Source: Sedimentisphaerales bacterium (GTDB lineage: Bacteria > Planctomycetota > Phycisphaerae > Sedimentisphaerales > SM23-30). From it: DNA of 64,000 nucleotides. The position numbers were made by a program, and so were the translations under genes. Every line of letters begins with the position of its first letter. Position 1 is the first letter of the stretch. Shown piece by piece: positions 61,609 to 64,000 of this stretch. The DNA is taken from assembly GCA_963663805.2 (NCBI GenBank), contig CAXXMR010000003.1:64001-128000 (forward strand), given 5' to 3'. The notes below the pieces were generated by a model. The model worked only from the letters and a program-made list of their open reading frames with translations, had not been told where the DNA came from and searched no databases.

Positions 61609-61981
61609 AATGACAACATATTACTATTGTTGCCACACCTCCGGCACTGTTTTGGTCACTCATGAGATTGATATCCACATAAGTGTTTATTTGTTAGAAT
61701 CTTATGTTTATACCTCCTCATGCTTCCAAGCTGGCCATGTGAGTTCGATTCTCATCGCCCGCTTTTTGCCATTGTTTGACGGGGGTTGTCTGGATTTGTC
61801 TAAGTTTTTATTTTGTAGGCACTTGTGCGCGTTGCAGGCTGGTGTGTTGGGGGCATGTTTTGTCAGCAATAGACAGCCCTACCCTCGCGCAGCCTGTCAT
61901 CCGGCACCAAAATGGGCACCGGGCAGCACCGTTTTGGTCACCGGTGGGGCGGGGGGTGGTGCTGGAGATGGCTGGTGAGGG
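61609..61981 (+). repeat. attP-like module B: tRNA-Gly(TCC) 3'-half core (61723-61763) with flanking arm repeats
   Basis: Core CTTCCAA-GCTGG-CC-ATGTGAG-TTCGATT-CTCAT-CGCCCGCT. Arm motifs at 61641-61659, 61901-61916 and 61926-61942. Homologous to 17978-18347. Confidence 0.85.
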
Positions 61982-62158
61982 GGGGTGTTCGGTTGGTGGG
62001 GAATTTCTTCGCTATTTTTCCAGCTTCCGCAAATCGCTCGTCCTGTTTTTGACCGGGGTATTGCCCGCAATCCGGCTCGCTCAGAATCTTTCTATTCTTC
62101 GAAATTAAACTCCTGGCTGAGTGGGCTGCCCTATGTAATTGGTTGATATCTCAACAGA

Positions 62159-63235
62159 CTATTTTTCGCACACCTGCTGATGCAGCTTCGCCAGCTTGCT
62201 AAATGTAAGGGACTGTAGTTTCAATCTCCCAGAAGTTTTTTCCCAACGGTATATACTGGCGGGGGTCACATCAAGTCGGTTCGCAAATTCAGATACTGAA
62301 AGTTTTAACCGATTACGCAGCCTTGCTACCGACTTACCTGTTGGTCGGATGCTTGGAAGGTAGGTGGTTTCTGGATTACTCCTGGTTAAATTTGATTTTG
62401 CAGCTATTTTCTTCGTAGATTTTCTGAGTTTGGGGAAGGTTTTCTTTTGCTTCGCGGCAGTTTTGGCCTTTTTTGCGATTCGTTTTTTTGTCGCAGGAGA
62501 TGTTGAAGCCGCCTTTTTCGGAACTTCATCATTCAGATCCATATCAATATCAAAAATATCGGCGATCTGGTCATTGGCAATAGTCTTGCCGACACCAGCC
62601 GCGGTATCCGGCAGGGCAATCTCGCCGGCAATCAATTCAGTGGCGTCAACACCGCGAAGCGTGAATAACAGTTCGGGTTGACTGTCAAGTCGATTTCCGA
62701 TGCCGTACAAAACGGCTGCGACATGCTTACACATTACCGCCCAGTCCGGGCAATCACAACTGAGCTTGATCTGACCGGGCAGCGGCAGTAGTCCATTTTT
62801 TCGATCGGTCACTATGGACATTATCTGGTCGGACAATTTGCCTTGAAGCAGCTCAAGCATCGAACCTATTTGCCCGCTGCACTTTTTCTTAATGGTTTTC
62901 CAGACAGAACTGCGTAAACTTTCGATTTTTATCGTGACATTATATAGTTCCGAACCGCTGACAATAGCTTCGATTTTTCCCGATTCGATATTCAAATGAC
63001 ATATTGAACCGTTACGTGCATAAGTTCGGCCGCGCGGCAGGCGGTTGGAATAATCAGAAAAAGATTCGAGATGCTCGCACCACGCTTTACCCCAGAAACT
63101 GCGGGCAATGGCTCGCCCTTCAATTTCTACCGGTTGAATGTTATGGCCTTTCTTGCGAAGTTTATTCATTTGTCGCAAGGCCTTGGCCCGTCGCTGGGCG
63201 ACAGAAACATAAGGACGCCAGGGATAAAATGACAT
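62159..63235 (-). CDS. SWIM zinc-finger protein with C-terminal XRE-type HTH
   Basis: NRLPRGRTY, CDCPDWAVMCKHVAAVLY and LSVSEFANRLDVTPASIYRWE. Confidence 0.88.
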   Translation of the reverse strand: MSFYPWRPYVSVAQRRAKALRQMNKLRKKGHNIQPVEIEGRAIARSFWGKAWCEHLESFSDYSNRLPRGRTYARNGSICHLNIESGKIEAIVSGSELYNVTIKIESLRSSVWKTIKKKCSGQIGSMLELLQGKLSDQIMSIVTDRKNGLLPLPGQIKLSCDCPDWAVMCKHVAAVLYGIGNRLDSQPELLFTLRGVDATELIAGEIALPDTAAGVGKTIANDQIADIFDIDMDLNDEVPKKAASTSPATKKRIAKKAKTAAKQKKTFPKLRKSTKKIAAKSNLTRSNPETTYLPSIRPTGKSVARLRNRLKLSVSEFANRLDVTPASIYRWEKTSGRLKLQSLTFSKLAKLHQQVCEK

Positions 63236-63249
63236 AATAAACATCTCCT

Positions 63250-63999
63250 TTACAATTGAGCGCGAGTCACATCGAGACTAACCAGCCGAAGAATCTCGTC
63301 GTCCGGCAACTCGGTTAGATTTGTTTCACCATCGGAATCGAGAATTTCATCTGCCATTTTTTGCTTTTCAGAAATTAATGCGTCAATGCGTTCTTCAACT
63401 GTGCCGCTAGTTACAAATTTGTGGACCAGAACATTGCGTTTCTGGCCGATACGGAACGCCCGGTCCGTAGCCTGATTTTCGACCGCAGGGTTCCACCAGC
63501 GGTCAAAATGAATTATATGGGATGCCGCGGTCAGATTCAACCCTGTCCCGCCAGCTTTGAGTGAAAGAACAAAAAACGGCGGCCCGTCATCAGATTGAAA
63601 TTGTTCGACCAGTTGTTTGCGTTTTTGTACCTGCGTTCCGCCGTGCAGTATCAGTCCGGCCCGACCAAAAACCTTGGTCAGGTGCTCAGCCAGCGGTTCG
63701 GTGATTTCACGGAATTGAGTAAAAATCAACACTTTTTCCTGACGCGAGGCAATTTCCTCACAAATCTCCCTAACGCGGATAAATTTTCCGCTCGCATCCG
63801 AAGCATAATCGCCGTCGCCGTTGAGTTGGCTGGGATGGTTGCATATCTGCTTCAGTCGCATCAGAGATTGCAGCACGGCGCCGCGCCGCACAATTCCGTC
63901 AGCGGTCTCCAGGGTGTTTTTCAGGTTCTCAACCGTATCTCCATAGAGTTTTATCTGTGGTTTACTCAATTTGCAATAGCAGGAAACTTCCGTTTTGTC
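63250..63999 (-). CDS. SNF2-family helicase, C-terminal part (5' end outside the window)
   Basis: LKQICNHP, SGKF, KVLIFTQF, SLKAGGTGLNLTAA and WWNPAVENQATDRAFRIGQ motifs. Confidence 0.93.
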   Translation of the reverse strand, partial: DKTEVSCYCKLSKPQIKLYGDTVENLKNTLETADGIVRRGAVLQSLMRLKQICNHPSQLNGDGDYASDASGKFIRVREICEEIASRQEKVLIFTQFREITEPLAEHLTKVFGRAGLILHGGTQVQKRKQLVEQFQSDDGPPFFVLSLKAGGTGLNLTAASHIIHFDRWWNPAVENQATDRAFRIGQKRNVLVHKFVTSGTVEERIDALISEKQKMADEILDSDGETNLTELPDDEILRLVSLDVTRAQL

Positions 64000-64000
64000 C

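Noticed and set aside
61723..61763. Functional tRNA-Gly gene
   Set aside because: Only the anticodon loop to acceptor 3' strand is present; there is no 5' acceptor strand or D-arm in either copy.
1..64000. CRISPR array or cas genes
   Set aside because: No regularly spaced repeat-spacer series or Cas motifs were seen.

Overview
Bacterial DNA that looks like Planctomycetota, probably Phycisphaerae/Sedimentisphaerales-like. This is an inference from an H-X9-DG prepilin-like gene, dockerin-like C-terminal tails and VPEP/VPAPG sorting signals. The window is a mosaic. It holds carbohydrate enzymes (clan GH-A hydrolase, GH130), a GAF-HlyD plus M50-HlyD operon, an MCP, PEP-CTERM proteins, a Fur/Zur unit, three tRNAs (Leu-CAA, Asp-GTC, Arg-TCT) each followed by integration relics, a rare-sugar operon, a LamG gene split by nested IS21/IS66 elements, and an ECF-sigma/FecR/prepilin/glycerophosphodiester cluster. 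Several genes carry single-base homopolymer frameshifts (probably sequencing errors), and several abrupt truncation junctions suggest deletions or misassembly. The most striking unexplained structure is two diverged, inverted ~370-bp non-coding modules (17978-18347 and 61609-61981). Each has an identical 57-bp core containing the 3' half of tRNA-Gly(TCC) with arm-type repeats on both sides (attP-like). Each is followed by a different AAA+/DUF4143-type ATPase gene and then by the same 20-bp motif. The two 20-bp motifs form perfect inverted repeats with a 4-bp AGCC duplication around a 40.5-kb interior. No cognate intact integrase or tRNA-Gly is in the window.
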